A stretch of 64,000 nucleotides of DNA from Lama glama (lineage: Eukaryota): contig CM052818.1 in assembly GCA_028534125.1 (NCBI GenBank), forward strand, positions 30,010,001 through 30,074,000. The letters are read 5' to 3'. The notes beneath the pieces were generated by a model. The model worked only from the letters and a program-made list of their open reading frames with translations. It searched no databases and was not told the origin of the DNA. Each line of letters opens with the position of its first letter. Within the stretch, counting starts at the first letter, position 1. Below are positions 1 through 13,667 of this stretch, in pieces. A program made the position numbers and the translations under genes.

Positions 1-419
1 CTATTTTTATTTTCTAATTTATGTAATGAACACAATGTCATAGCGAAAACTAGTGAATACTTTTTCATTTAGCTTTTTTTTTTTAAAACAAGGTTATAGA
101 AAAATTCCTTAACACTTAGGGGACTTGTAAGAGTATAACTGTCTGTAAACTGTCAAGCTGAAATGGAACGTCTAAATGATTTACACATATTCCATATCTG
201 ATGAAATATGGTGAGCATAAAATGAGTTTAATAATTCCAGTGCCAAAGAGTAATGGATTTCTGGTACAACAGTTGAGTAATAAGTAATATTAAGACATCA
301 TCACACCAGCTTTTTTACATTAATACTTATTATTACATGAAGTTCCTGTAAATATAAATTGTTACATTTTATAGAAACCCAAACAAAATCAAGATTATAG
401 AGAAAAAAAGAAAGTATAC

Positions 420-551
420 CTGAAGCAACAACAACACTGTAATTGTCCTGAAATCCATTTTCTGCCTTGACTTTTTCCTTCTCTTCATGGTTCTTCTTTT
501 CTTTGTCATCTTTTTGTTCACTAATTAGTTTAGCAGTGATACTTGGTGTAT
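420..551 (-). CDS. BIRC6: BIRC6 coding exon (D)TPSITAKLISEQKDD...SVVVAS(G), 132 bp
   Basis: tatag| acceptor, CAG|gtatac donor, phase 1-1, open frame. Confidence 0.93.
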
Positions 552-1580
552 CTATAAGAAAATTTTACATAAAATACATTGCTTTTCAAAATCATTAAGA
601 AGGGAAGCAATGAATATCTTAGGGGATAATTACACAAGATTATATTACCACTAGTAAAAAGGCAACATAAGTGAATTTTGAAGAAATGTTGTAAGGGGAA
701 GTCTGACATTCCATTCTTGCTGATTTTATCGATGAGACGAGAGAGCTTATCAATTTAAGCCAGGATACTTAAATTCCAATCTCTAGAAAATATTACATAT
801 TACAATAGTACCCCCTCTAGAGGCAGCAAAAACCATTACCAAAAACATTTGCTTTATTTTACACATAGCTCAATTTGCCTGCTACCTACATCTATTTCAG
901 TTCTCACAACATGTGTATCAAGAAAGCATACTGTTTTCAAATAAGGAAATAGCCTTCGCAAGGTTACTGATACAATCTGTAAAGGGCAATATGGAATTCA
1001 AGCTCAGCATTCACCCTAAAGCATTACATTAGAACTTAGTCTACAAACGGTGGTATAAAGGAACAAATTTAAGTAACAGAGATTTCTGGTTTTGTTGTTT
1101 TTAGTTAGGAATCTTAGATAACAAAGTAATATGTTTTAACAGTACTTCCAGAATGAATACTAAGGACTTTCACAGATTGTTATTACTCTCATAATTAATA
1201 TTTTCTTTAATTCCTTGAATATCACATGCTATTATAAACCATGAAACAAATGATCTGATTTAACCATTAAGAAACCCAAAAAGCTGGATAAACTGTTTTG
1301 ATATTAAGAACGTTTTTCACTAAGTGGGTATAACTGACACAGATTCTCTTTTATTTTTCTAACTTAACACAATTATGATCCAGTGCTTTACTGTAATGTT
1401 AAAAAGGTGAAATGATCAAATTTTAAAACAGTATCTTTTGTATTATCTTCTATTTTGTAGCTTTCTTTGAATATCTGAAAATATCCCAGTAATCTCAATT
1501 TCTTGAACTTCTTTCTAACTATGACTGCCTTTTGACAGCTTCTATACTTATAAAAAAAAAAAATTTGACCACTGTAAATA

Positions 1581-2240
1581 CAGTAGTTCCTTCTTATCTA
1601 CGGTTTCATTTCTGCGGTTTCAGTTACTTGTGATCTGAAAATACTAAATGAAAAATTCCAGAAATAAATTGCTTGCTGTTCTGACTATCACGATGAAATC
1701 TCACGCCTACTGGCTCCATCACACCTGGGATTCCCAACTATCTCACTGTCTGCTCCTGACATCTAATCATCGATGTCAGTCATCATGGCTGGAAAACCCA
1801 GCCAGGATCACCCAAGGCAGATGATCCTCCTTCTGTTCTTCCTTTGGATGTATTGTCAGAGTATCAAAAGTAGCCTAACGCTACGTCACAACACCTGTGC
1901 CATTCACCTCACTTCATTTTATCACATAGGCATTTTACCATCTCTTATCACAAGAAGGGTAAGCACAGTATAATAAAATTATTTTGAGAGACAGAGAGAA
2001 AGAGGGAGAGAGGACACACTCACTGAACTTTTACTACAGTATATTATTATAACTGTTCTATTTTATTAATAGTTATTGTTGTTACTCTCTTACTGTGTTC
2101 TCACCTAAAATTAAAACTTTATCATAAATATGGATGGATGGAAAAAAGCATAGCATATACAGGGTTCATTACTGTCTGTGGCTTCAGGCATCCACTGGGG
2201 GTCTTAGAACATATGACCTGCATATAAAGGGGGACCACTG
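1581..2240. mobile_element. Tigger-family MITE (MER44-like)
   Basis: TA-flanked degenerate TIRs cagtagttccttcttat / ataaagggggaccactg. Confidence 0.7.
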
Positions 2241-2554
2241 TAGATACATAATGCAACAATACATTTTACTTTCTCACAGAAACAACCAAGCAACCCAAAA
2301 TGGCAAAAAATACTTATACAAGTCAGCGGGGAAATATTTAAGAAAAAAAAATTCACACAATTAGTCATAGCTCATTAGGTGATAAGAATTTACATTCTTT
2401 ATTTTCATATTACTGTGTTACCTAAGTTTTCTAACTAAATAAAAATTTTAAAAAACAAGAAATAGTGTTAATATAATGCTACCTCAATAAATGTCATTCA
2501 AATACTAAAAGAAAAAGTTTTTCTCAAGTTTGTTTGAAATTGTTCGGATTTGAA

Positions 2555-3800
2555 TTTCCACTTCTGGCCAAGATGAAATAACAAAGACCAGATGTATTCT
2601 CCTACCTTAAATAACTAAAAGTTAGGAGAACATGATATAGTGGTTTTCAGTATACTGGGCATCAGGAGGCAGGACAGGACACCTGAGTGAGTGGAAACAA
2701 ATGTGGTGAGCCCTACGATTGCATCAGCTTACTTCCTGCAATTCCCCAGACCACAGCTCAGGACAACCCAGGTACCACACAAGGTGAGGATACAGAGCTA
2801 GGAGTCCAGGAAGACAAAGGCAGTTTTGGCTGCACTTCACATGGCACACTCCAAGGAGGAGAGATCAGCATAGACAGAGAGCCACAGAGATCTATAGAGG
2901 ATCTCCTCTAAGTCTGCAGTGCAAACTGACAAGCATTACATACAAGGAAATCACCTAAAGGCAAGGAAAATACTTCTCAAAAGTAGCAAGGGGACAACCC
3001 CAGGCTCTAAAATAAGGATTAGAAAAAATCTAGTATTCCCAATGCCCTAGTGAATTCCTAACAGTTTTCAGAAGGACATTACCTCAGCAGTAGGGCCAAA
3101 TTAGCCTTAGACCTCCGTTTTCAAATGTGGTACCCTATTACTAATCCAATACAGTATCTATTTAAAATTAAGTTCATTAAAATTAAAACTATAGTTTCTT
3201 GGTCTCACCAGACACATTCCATGTGCTCAAAAGCTACTGCACCAGATAGTGTAGATTTATAAAAAATTTCCATCATCACAGTGAGTTCTTCCCTGCATTA
3301 AAAGCTGCTCTGGTCCCACCTAAAAAGCTTAAAATCTGGCCCTAAAAGTAACACTGTTTTCAAGTAATATAACTACATCTCAAAACAAAATTAAAAGTAT
3401 TTATTAGAATACAAAAATAACCATGACCCAGAAAAGTAAAGCACATTGTCAGGCATCCAATAAAATTTTCAAGCAAATACAGAAGAAATAACACACACCC
3501 TACAATAAGGAGAAAAAAGAAAAACAACATAAACAGGTCAATATATTTAAGATGACAGATGAAAGCTTGTACACTTTAAATGAAGACAAGGACATATAAA
3601 AAGAGAGGAGAGTGATGGGGAGACAGAATGTATCTGGGAAAATAATAGCCAAAAACCTTCTAAATTTGATGATATTTATACATCCACAGATTCAAGGAAG
3701 TCCAAAAACGCAAATCATAAGAAACATTGAGAAAACTACAAGGCATATTACTTAATAATTACCAAATTGCTTAAAAACAATGATAAAACTTGTAAAAGGA
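2555..3800 (+). mobile_element. Old L1M 5'/ORF1-region fragments with a nested MER3-like hAT relic (~3110-3290)
   Basis: ttccacttctggccaagatg start, A-rich ORF1-like remnants; motif recall only, boundaries approximate. Confidence 0.45.
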
Positions 3801-5438
3801 AAAACACTGACAAATAACCTCTATTATTTGAAAGCAATATAGTCAAATGCTATAAGAGGTGGGTAAAATAACTGACTAAAATTTTTTGGATTATCTGTTT
3901 TCAAGTATGTTAATAAAATACATATGCACAAGTTAATACATTATAAAATATGGCTAAAGATCACAAATACACTTTAAAGGAACAAAGCATTGCTAAACAG
4001 AAAATAAACTCAGTATTTGTAAAGAAAAATAAAAATGTGTTAAATTTCAAGTTATTTTGTAATATGTGTACACTTTCCCATTACCAAGTGAACTGTATGA
4101 AATCTCAAAAACTGAATTTCAATACTCTTCCCCACTTCCTTCCTTCCTTCTTTTAATTAATTAATTAGTTATAAATTTGTTCTTCATCTTGTAGAAGGAA
4201 GAGTCTGGGAAAGTTGAAATTTAGAAAAAAGTTTGTAAAACCAAATTTTCATAAAAGGTTAGCTGGAACAGGTAAGGTAGATATTTTCAAGTAAGAAAAA
4301 AAGCTTACACATTTATAATATACTCTAACATTTTACTGTGTAACTTGTAAAAGTGTAGGAAAGAATTCAATTTTACTCACTTGTGTTAGATGTAGTGGCT
4401 AAAACTGGTAAAGAATCTTTTCTACTTTATTTTCTCCAAGTGATTATATCCATTTATATGGTTTAACTTACCATCTATGTATGGTAACAACTCCCAAATC
4501 TCCTCAACTCAGTCTTTCATTATAAGTTTAGATTTCTATTTCCAACTAATAAACAAATAACGCCAGTTTTTTTTCTGAGATACTCCTTCAGTGATCAGTA
4601 TTGCTTAAAGACTTCAGGTACCCTCTCTAATGTGTACAGATAGAAACATATTTATATTTAAATCAGAATGCAAACATTTAAATTGTCAGTTTATTTTTTA
4701 ATTTGACAACATACATAATATCATAAATACTTTGAGCACCAAAATATGTGTCTTGCTCCCTTTTACATCCCTAGAACCAATTACTGTGCTTATACATAGC
4801 AGAAGCTCAATGAATTCATCACTGATTAGAATTTCTGAGAGGCAATAAACTCAAACTAAGCACAGTCAACTTGCATTCTACTTCAAAAACATACTCTTAC
4901 TTTAATAATTTCTATCCTGTTTAAAGGCACTGTAAGAGCTTTCGAAATAAAGGCAAGAAACTTAGGGGGACATTCTCTCTGTTTTCTTCACTGTTATAAA
5001 CAATAAGGTCACCAGTCAATTCTACCTACTGACCACTCACCTCTCCTCTAGATTTAGAACATGCTTAGTACTTAGAATTCTGTTATGCAACCTGCTGTAA
5101 TGTAATTCATCTACCATAGAACAGCCAGATGGTTTACCGAGAGAAAACTCCATCAATGGCTTCCCACAGCTTGTCTACTTTCCAACTGCCCATTCTGTCA
5201 TTACTACACATAACATACATCACATCAGAAGAAATATTGGTGCTGGAATATACTGTACATTTTGTGCACTTCATCAGCTTCTTACTCATGCTTCAAACAG
5301 TGAAGCTATCTTAACCTTTTCCAGTTATTAAATGGTGGCTGAGGTGAGTGAATGCAGTAAAATAGCTACAAAATAATAAAATTTCACATGTATCTAAGAT
5401 AAAGTTAAAGAATAAAGAGTATTTAAGTCTGGACTTGC

Positions 5439-5568
5439 CTGATACTCTGTCAAGAACTTCTGATAATGTCGTTGAGACTGGCAAATGAAGTGTACGGAAC
5501 TTGTGGCCTGCTCCATACATTGGATGCTGGATGACATGGCTAGTAGCATTAATTCTACCTTTGTACAG
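5439..5568 (-). CDS. BIRC6: BIRC6 coding exon LYKGRINATS...EVLDRVS, 130 bp, GC donor
   Basis: ttttcag| acceptor; CAG|gcaagt donor gives the phase 1 needed for the next exon. Confidence 0.92.
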
Positions 5569-5810
5569 CTGAAAATTAATTTAAAAGAAATCAAGAATTG
5601 ATTTTTTTAAAATGTATACTATTATATAACAATTTCAAAAGCATAAAAGAATAAAACTTCAATAATGCATACAGAATATAAAGAGATTATTTTATATTTC
5701 TTCAAATGTGGAACATCTGCTATGTGATGTGTTGGTCAACTTTTGCATTAGCACGATTGTACCTAATAATCTGTCATTTCCCTGCCCAAGTCAAATTTTA
5801 CTATTCATGG

Positions 5811-5955
5811 GGCGGGGGGAGGAAATATAGCTCAAGTGGTAGAGCACATGCTTAGCATACACAAAGTCCTGGGTTCAGTTCCTAGTCCCCAGTAACTCCT
5901 CTAAAAATAAATAAATCAGTAAACCTAATTACCTCTGCCCCCAATCAATCAAACA
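5811..5955 (+). mobile_element. tRNA-derived SINE, camelid (vic-1-like) type
   Basis: A box tagctcaagtggtagag, B-box-like gggttcagttcc, aaacctaattacctc tail, degenerate TSD aaatt..attcatgg. Confidence 0.8.
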
Positions 5956-6168
5956 AAAATTATGCCATTCATGGCAAGGTATAAATAGGTTATTCTAGAC
6001 CGAGAAGGTTAGCTGAGATTTTCAAGTCCTATCATTAAGTATAAAGGTTGTGCTAGTTTCACTGTGCTATATTAGAAATTATTACAGATAACTGCTCTTA
6101 TATGAACATGTAAAACATCTTTACAGACAGCTTATCATTAAGATTTAATTTAATTGTTAAATACTTAC

Positions 6169-6312
6169 TGGGCAGGGTGACTGAAGAAACATTGTCACTT
6201 TTTCATCCTCCAGCATCAACTGCAAAAATAATCTACGTACAAACCCTGAAATGTTCCCCGATGTTGGAAGGCTTCCCCTTTGAGGAGATGTCTGAAATAG
6301 TTCACAGAGAAC
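6169..6312 (-). CDS. BIRC6: BIRC6 coding exon VLCELFQTSPQRG...FLQSPCP, 144 bp
   Basis: ttgctag| and CCA|gtaagt, phase 0-0. Confidence 0.93.
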
Positions 6313-6969
6313 CTAGCAAGGTAAGAGATTTTAAAAGTTAAATGTGGTATTTATTTGCAGCTTTATACTTTAAATAAAGAGAAAATTCTAAATGTGGATT
6401 AAGAAGTGTCTTTGAATTCATCAAACCAGTAATTAAAGAACATATTATTTCATTTTAAAATATATATACAGAAGTAGATAAAAAGCTAAAAGTGCAACAA
6501 AAATCTCTGTGGATAAGAGAAGTTGTTACTACAGTGCTTTCACGTAATAACTGCCCAGAATAACGAAGTTAATTTTAATTTTAGTCAATATCAATGTGGT
6601 TACAATAAAAATCTTGAAAAAAAGTACATTAAAAGTATGAAACAAAGCCTTAAAAGAAATTAAGAGATGATAATTAGGCCAGAAAACAATGAGGCATTAA
6701 GCTTCATCCTAATCAAAGATACAAGCCAAATTTTCAAACATCTATACTCAAGAACTTGGTTAAGATTGCTAATTGAAACATCTCTTTCAAATTAGGCACA
6801 TTAAGCAGTTTCACAATAATTACTTAAGACAATAAAGTATCTTCTCAAATCATTCAGTATTTTTTAAAAATTATGATAACTATCCTTCCAGATATTAATA
6901 GAGTTTCACCTGAATAAGCACTATCAAGTAAGGGGGTAAAAAGAGAAGCTGGTTCCTAGGTACTGGGAT

Positions 6970-7170
6970 CTACCATGTCTCTGACAGGCTCTATGTTAGG
7001 TACTTCATATACATTATAGTATTTAATTCTCTCCAAAAATATAATCTTTTGAAAGGCAGGTACTACTATCACCATTTAATAGTTTAAACAATTTGTTGAA
7101 GATCACAACAACCAGAAAGGATTAGAATCTGGCAAAAAGCAACTAGAATTATTCTTGAGGTAATTCCAGC
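6970..7170 (-). mobile_element. MIR fragment
   Basis: aggcaggtactactatcaccattt core-like motif; boundaries approximate. Confidence 0.5.
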
Positions 7171-7702
7171 TTTCAGATTTTTGGCCCCATGGGCTTAATA
7201 CAATAAAATGATCTTTCATGCTTTTAATGTGATTTGTCAGGAGTCTCCTATCTGAAACCTAGTCTAATATCTGCTTCATTAGAAGCAAATCAACAGTTAT
7301 AGCATCTTGGTTACCACAAAATGCAAAGCCTCATTGAAGATGAGGCACTCAGTGATCACCTTCGAGTGGTCAATCCTGTTGCAGCAGCTGACATGTCATT
7401 GTTTCTACTTGGGAGAGTTTTTAAAAAGGAGGAATATATGATTTGTAGCTAGAAGCTCCATGAATTTGCCCTCTATCCCACCAAAAAGAGTAACTGATTT
7501 ATGTGACAGTTGAGAAGGAAGGAGATATTGGTACTTAAGTTTAATTCTGGTTTAAATTTGGATCCTTAAATGCACCCAACCTCAAACTTCATCATCACCT
7601 GGACTTAATACATGCCCCTTGCTTAACCAATTTCAAGAATGCTGTGTGATAGCATATAAAGACAGTAAGACACCTACAATATGCCAGCTTTCCTACTCTT
7701 AC

Positions 7703-8483
7703 CTGGGCCATCAGCTTTTGATTATTAGGGTGGCAGGAAATGCATTGCAGAAAGAATGCAACAGTTGCATTCTCAATCGCTGTCCTCTGTTGAGTAGTCA
7801 ATCCTGTCATAGCAGCCGGGGAAAGAGAAGCTGACCTTGCGCTGGTCTGTTGTGCACCTAAATTATGTCCTCCAGAAGAGGACCCAGAGTGACACAATAA
7901 AAACAGTAGTGCTGTCCATAGTGGATTGACTTCAGACCCACCGAGCCAGTCTTTCATAACATGGCTATTGCCAACTTCTGTCAAGAACCTAAGAACAGGA
8001 GCAACCAGGTCTGCTGTGATAGGCATTTTATTACATTGTTGTGGAATGTGATGACGCCTGAGTTTGTCCTGGGAATTATCTATTGACTGAGCAATGCTTT
8101 CTGAGTAAGAGATGTGGCTGAAACAGAAACTAGCCAGACTTCTCACAAGAAGAGAAGGCAAACCTGAGTCCAATAATTGTTTGATAGCTTCTGGAGATTG
8201 AGAAGAGGAAGCAAGAGTCGCCAAATGTGATTCAGTTAGTGCAAGAGGTGCTTGTGCATTTTTAGAGTCATCTGTTAAGGATGAAGTAAGATCTTGCTTT
8301 TTGCTATCATCTGTCATGGATAGTCTGTGGTGACACTGCATTGGAGGAGGGGTGATTCCCATCCAGCCCATGAGCAAAGAGAAATAACTTGGGTGTATGT
8401 GACACATCGAGCAAAGTAGACTGTCAACAGCTTTCTTCAAAACCATATTGCAGGGAAGAGACATGGACCAATTAAAAAGCAGC
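7703..8483 (-). CDS. BIRC6: BIRC6 coding exon LLFNWSMSLPCN...NNQKLMAQ, 781 bp
   Basis: cccctag| and CAG|gtaaga; matches ORF 7595..8464; phase 2-0. Confidence 0.95.
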
Positions 8484-9500
8484 CTAGGGGAATAAAAGAC
8501 ATCATGTTAACAACATGTATTTACACGTTAACAATACATATTTTTAGAAAGACCTCACTATCAAATAATTCTACTAGAAATCACCCTGATGAAAGTTATA
8601 CAGTTTAACATTAAATATTATGACATAGTATTTCAAGAAAATTGCTTGTGATATATACTTCGTTAAATAGATTGGAAGTTAGATTAGACTTGTAAAATTA
8701 ATACAGAAAACCAAGAGATCTATATCAAAATGATTCTATCATTCTCTGTGTGATCTCAAAAAATGACATCAACAATGAAAAATTATATGAAAGAAATATT
8801 TAGACTGAATTTGACAAGATTGATGGCTTCAATTCATGTCTGCAAATTGAGAACTATTAGTGAGTTTCACTAGTAAGTAATCGGTTATGCCAACCAGTAG
8901 GACCAAATAATGAAAATGACAAAACGAGAGGCCAAAAGACCAACTTTTCATGAGTCATGGAACCTTTTAGAAATAAATATTATATTATATTTTGCTATAA
9001 ATTTAGCAGTTATCAGGCAGTCAGCTCAGCAAAGCCTTAGCTGAGTATGGTGAAAAAATATGGCTTAAGTGGAAACTATTTACAAAAGAACAATCATAAC
9101 GGCTATCTAGAAAGAGGTAAAAACCAATTATAAAAACTGTCTAAAGGAGTCTTTCAATTTCTTTAGCTAATACTTTTCCTCCAAAGATGCATATTAAAGA
9201 CAAAGGAATCCAATGGGTAAATTTGCAGAAGAGAATAAACAGTACCAACTGCAGGAGCAGACATTAAACATTCCAATTTTAGGTGGGAAAAGCAGCAGTG
9301 ACACTAATACAGCTTCTTAAAACACGAAGATAAATAAATCTGTGTAGCATCTCATTCCAAAATTTTACTGATTATATACTTAACTGCTACTTTCAAAGTA
9401 CTGTTTTTATCCAAATAATTATGTAAAATGTGTTTTATCAAGTAAAAACCTAAAGTGATCTAGTACTGGGGGGAAAAAAGATTTCACAAACCATACTTAC

Positions 9501-9722
9501 TCAAAGAGCTCTCGGTCTAGCAGAGCTGGTAAATCATACTCTACAAGCAGTTCATAACTGTGCCACAGAATCGCTGCTACACAGTGCAAATGAGAAGGAG
9601 ATGGCATCAAAAGTCCATACTCTATTGTTGAAGAGTTAGGGCCCATGTAGCTCATCCTGCCACTTCTTTTCATAGCAGCCACTCTGGCAGAATCACTGAC
9701 CCATTTTAACAAGGCCTGAATT
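9501..9722 (-). CDS. BIRC6: BIRC6 coding exon IQALLKWVSDSARV...DRELF(E), 222 bp
   Basis: cttttaag| and TGA|gtaagt; phase 2-2. Confidence 0.93.
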
Positions 9723-12188
9723 CTTAAAAGAAGAAAATAAATTCAAATAATTAATTATACCACAGCTGATATTTAACATGGATAACTACCATTACTGCAT
9801 GTAAGCAATGTATTTACGAGAATCATATCCAACTTGCTCTTGATAAAAAGGAAGGAAAAAGAATTATACAATCAGCAGACACAGTAAATCTACTTTTCCA
9901 ATAAACTTAAAATCTTAAGAGATGAAACTGTTTGAGATAATACAACACTAATTCAGCAAACATTGATTGTTTCATTATTTATGACACAATATATAAATGT
10001 CTAGAAATACAGGATACACAGCTTAACAAAATTACTCTCTCCTCTAAATTTTCTCTCATCTTCTAACAAATCCACAAAAGACAGAACAGTGCTCTGGGGC
10101 CAACTCTTCATTGTGCAGAAGCTCATGAATATGGCCCCCAACCATTAAATACTAGTAGCAGCCACCCACCCTCCTTCACTTTGACAACAGAATAGCCCTA
10201 ACATATGTACTTTTCAAGGCCATCCTATTCTCTATCCCCTAGAGCTGGGGACCACTAAATGAGAGCCAAAGACTTTTTAAAGCAATAACGCTCGGAGTCT
10301 GTATTTTAAAAGAGTGTGGGGACTGAGATTTATTGTCAAGTTCTTAAAACACTGTATCTTTGTTTTGATTGCTTTGAAATGTTTCCTCTAGTTTAGAGCA
10401 CAAGGTTCTTTGCTTGAGGGTAAAAGAAATGGGAGCCAGAAGATATATACTACTACTTAATCCCTCTCTCTACCCTCTCTCATTTATATTTTATACGACA
10501 AGAAATACTGACAAGTCATAGAAAGGGAAAAGGGTGAAACAATCAGGGAAAAGTAACATTTTCTACATAGCAACCAACAATCTTGTCATTAATGTCAGTT
10601 CTGAAGCATTGTGAAGTATTTACATTTGCATTATACAAAGAAAATAATTTTAAGTGCAATTTTCTTCTGATGATAAAAAATTAAAAATTAAATAATCATA
10701 AGGGATTTTAAGAAACCCATTCTAGAAAAATATTTAGCAAAACTTTAAGTATATTTTTAATCCTATTAATCATTATGATTCAAATTTGACACAAATTCCT
10801 ATTTACTTTGTCAAAAAAATTCCAATCTATTTTTAAATACAACATAGTTACCATACATTTTTTATAAAGCAAAAAAGCTTAACGAAAACAAAGTTAGCCT
10901 TTTTAATATTTTGAAACTATCCTGCTGAAGCAAATTTCACTTTGTTAATTATGTCCTTAAATATTTTAACACAGAGAACCTGAATGCAGTGAGCCTAAAA
11001 TAATTGAAAGCTATTACATTATCAGTGATTAAGTAACAATCTTCCCAGATGCCTTCACTGCCTGGTACTTTTAACTCATACCCTTAAGTCTGTCCTACAT
11101 AAATCTTCCCTGTGAGTGACACTGCCCTGTCTCCCCAATTCTGAGGGCACAAGTTGGACTTAATTAACTTGATCTCTCCAATATCTAGCACAATGCAAGG
11201 CATACAGCAGCTACTCAGTAAATAGATACAAAATGAGTAAGCACTCACCAAAAAATTAATAATCTATTAATAATTTACAAAGTAAGAAATTAAATAACAT
11301 ACCAAATGATTTCACTTTAAATATAAATTAATGAAAATATTAAAGGATATTAACTGGATATAAAATATTCAATATATTTAAAAGCACATTAACTCAGGAA
11401 ATAATCTCTAACATAAAGATTATTTATATTATTTATAGAGTCACACCTCTAAATTTTTTTTGTGATATAGATGATATACATAAAACCAGAGAATGCCAAA
11501 TTTATCAATAAAAACACGCTTAAAAAAATACTTGGAGTCTTTATTAATTTGGAGGTAGAAGATACCAAGGAAGAACTACATTAGTAAAACTCATCTAAAA
11601 TTACCTATACTGAAAGATCACTAAACATTTAGGTGAAACATTCAGACATTTACTTGGTATGATACTGTTTCACGTTGTGGTACAAAGCAGGAGAAAGAAT
11701 ACAGAGGCTAATGAAAAACAATCAATAAATAATGTAATTATTTTAAAAAATCAATAAAAACAAACATTATTATCAAAATAGTCCAAGTACCTAATATGGA
11801 CACATTATTCCTATATTTCTATATGTATAGTAATACCTAAGAAAGGTAGTATCATTATGACCCAATCAACTTACAAAGATTTCATCACAACATAGCTGAC
11901 ATAAAAATATATTCAGTATTTTATCTCAATCCATTCCTCAAAAGCAATACTAAGTAAGGATCTATTTGAGTTCAAATTCGAATATGTCCAAATTTAAGAG
12001 AATTTGTGTTTTAACATTCATGAAAATCTCTAAAAGTTACATTATGTGAAGTATACAGTTAAATGTATGATATAATCAACAGTCTTAGCTTAACTTTTAT
12101 GAAATGATCTAAAAAGAAAGCACCACAAACAACATTCACTACATGTGATTGTGTCTGTCCTTATATGAAAAATGAGATCATCACATAC

Positions 12189-12297
12189 CTGTCTTTTGTT
12201 CCAGGATCCTGAGTTGTTCCAAGCTGGTAAAGAATATCTATCGTGGAGTCAGAAGAGAGTCCATTCAGTCTTCCAAAAAGTAAAGGGCTATTCAAAT
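12189..12297 (-). CDS. BIRC6: BIRC6 coding exon (D)LNSPLLFGRLNG...PGTKD(R), 109 bp
   Basis: ttacaag| and CAG|gtatgt; phase 1-2. Confidence 0.92.
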
Positions 12298-12558
12298 CTT
12301 GTAATAAAGAATCAAAAGGAAAAGTTTGCTAAATAAGCAAATGGGATGAGAAGATATGCTCAATTTAATCTTAAATTATTCATTAATAAGAATTCTTCTG
12401 TAAATTTCAGCAACAGCAACAATAAAAAACAAACTCTAAAAATAATCAAGCCATAATGGAAGTTAATTTCAGAAATAGAATTAATCACAAATATCACATA
12501 GTTCAACTGTCCTTACTTTGCAGATATGTAAAAATTAAAATATCAAATTAATTGTCAC

Positions 12559-12815
12559 CTGTGGGATCACTGCCTGATGCTGCACAATTTCTCAGAAGAA
12601 TGTCTATAAGCTTCAAGCCAATTCTAGTGGACTGCAGTCCTATCTTTACAAGCACAACCTCAATATTAGGTGAATGCATTCCACAGTATGGAGACATCAA
12701 TAAGGCAGCACAAGTCTGTAGCAGGTTGGCAGTGGGTGCAGCTGCACTTGCCATCATTCCTTCCAGATCACTTATGTGAGTAAGGCAATGATGTAATAAC
12801 CGTAGCCATCCAATA
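12559..12815 (-). CDS. BIRC6: BIRC6 coding exon IGWLRLLHHCL...ASGSDPT, 257 bp
   Basis: atttcag| and CAG|gtgaca; phase 2-1. Confidence 0.94.
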
Positions 12816-13667
12816 CTGAAATACACAACACAAAATGGCTTATATGGTAAATTTAAGTAGCTGAAATCACTTCAGGTTACAAAATTCTCATGTTTATTTC
12901 TTAAGTAGCACCAATCTACGTTAAAAAAAAGTTTTTAAAATACTGTAACATCAGTAAAGAATTAAACACATAATAAGTTTCCCCTATAACACAGTAAATA
13001 AAAATACTTAAGTGTTAATATCATTTAGGAACTAAGAACTTGCTTTTCATTTAATCAGTCAGGAAATGTTTTTGTATATATGCATATTTATATGCATAAA
13101 TACACACTGCACAAGCTCATAGACTTGCAAAACTATAAAGTCCTGGCAGCTTGAGAGTCAAAAGAAATCCTAAATTTGTTCCTCAGGTAAAACTTAAAAT
13201 AAAATTAGTCTATAAAATTTTCAACCATCAACATTTACCAGAAGAATGTAAATTAAAGGATATATCTAGGTCCTTCTTTGGTCAGTTTGGTTCAACTCTA
13301 ACCCTCTGTTGACTGGCACTTACGAATTACCCTATAAGAGTAGGTGCCTGTCTATATGATCAGTTTGTATGGTTCAGGTGTACTGCTGGGGATAAGCATT
13401 TGGAAATGCTTATACTGGACTACGATCCAAAGAACTGGAAGTTACATCCACATATATCATATTGTGAATCACCTCAATGATTAAACACACATAAATCTCA
13501 ATTTTAACCAGCCTCAGGGTTCTGTTTCTATAGAACTACTCTTTGTTACACTTCAAACCACAATATTATATAGATGCCTCAGAAAAAAGAATTTACTAAA
13601 CTCTAAAAAAGAAAGAACTCACAAGAAAACACAAAAAGGTTTTTCTTAAGAATGAAAAATCACATAC

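Noticed and set aside
5815..5890. Possible tRNA gene
   Set aside because: Degenerate cloverleaf followed by a SINE body, tail and TSD; it is a SINE head
7310..7420. Possible cryptic exon and 7-bp hairpin gcctcat/atgaggc
   Set aside because: Weak, ambiguous splice sites and a short stem expected by chance
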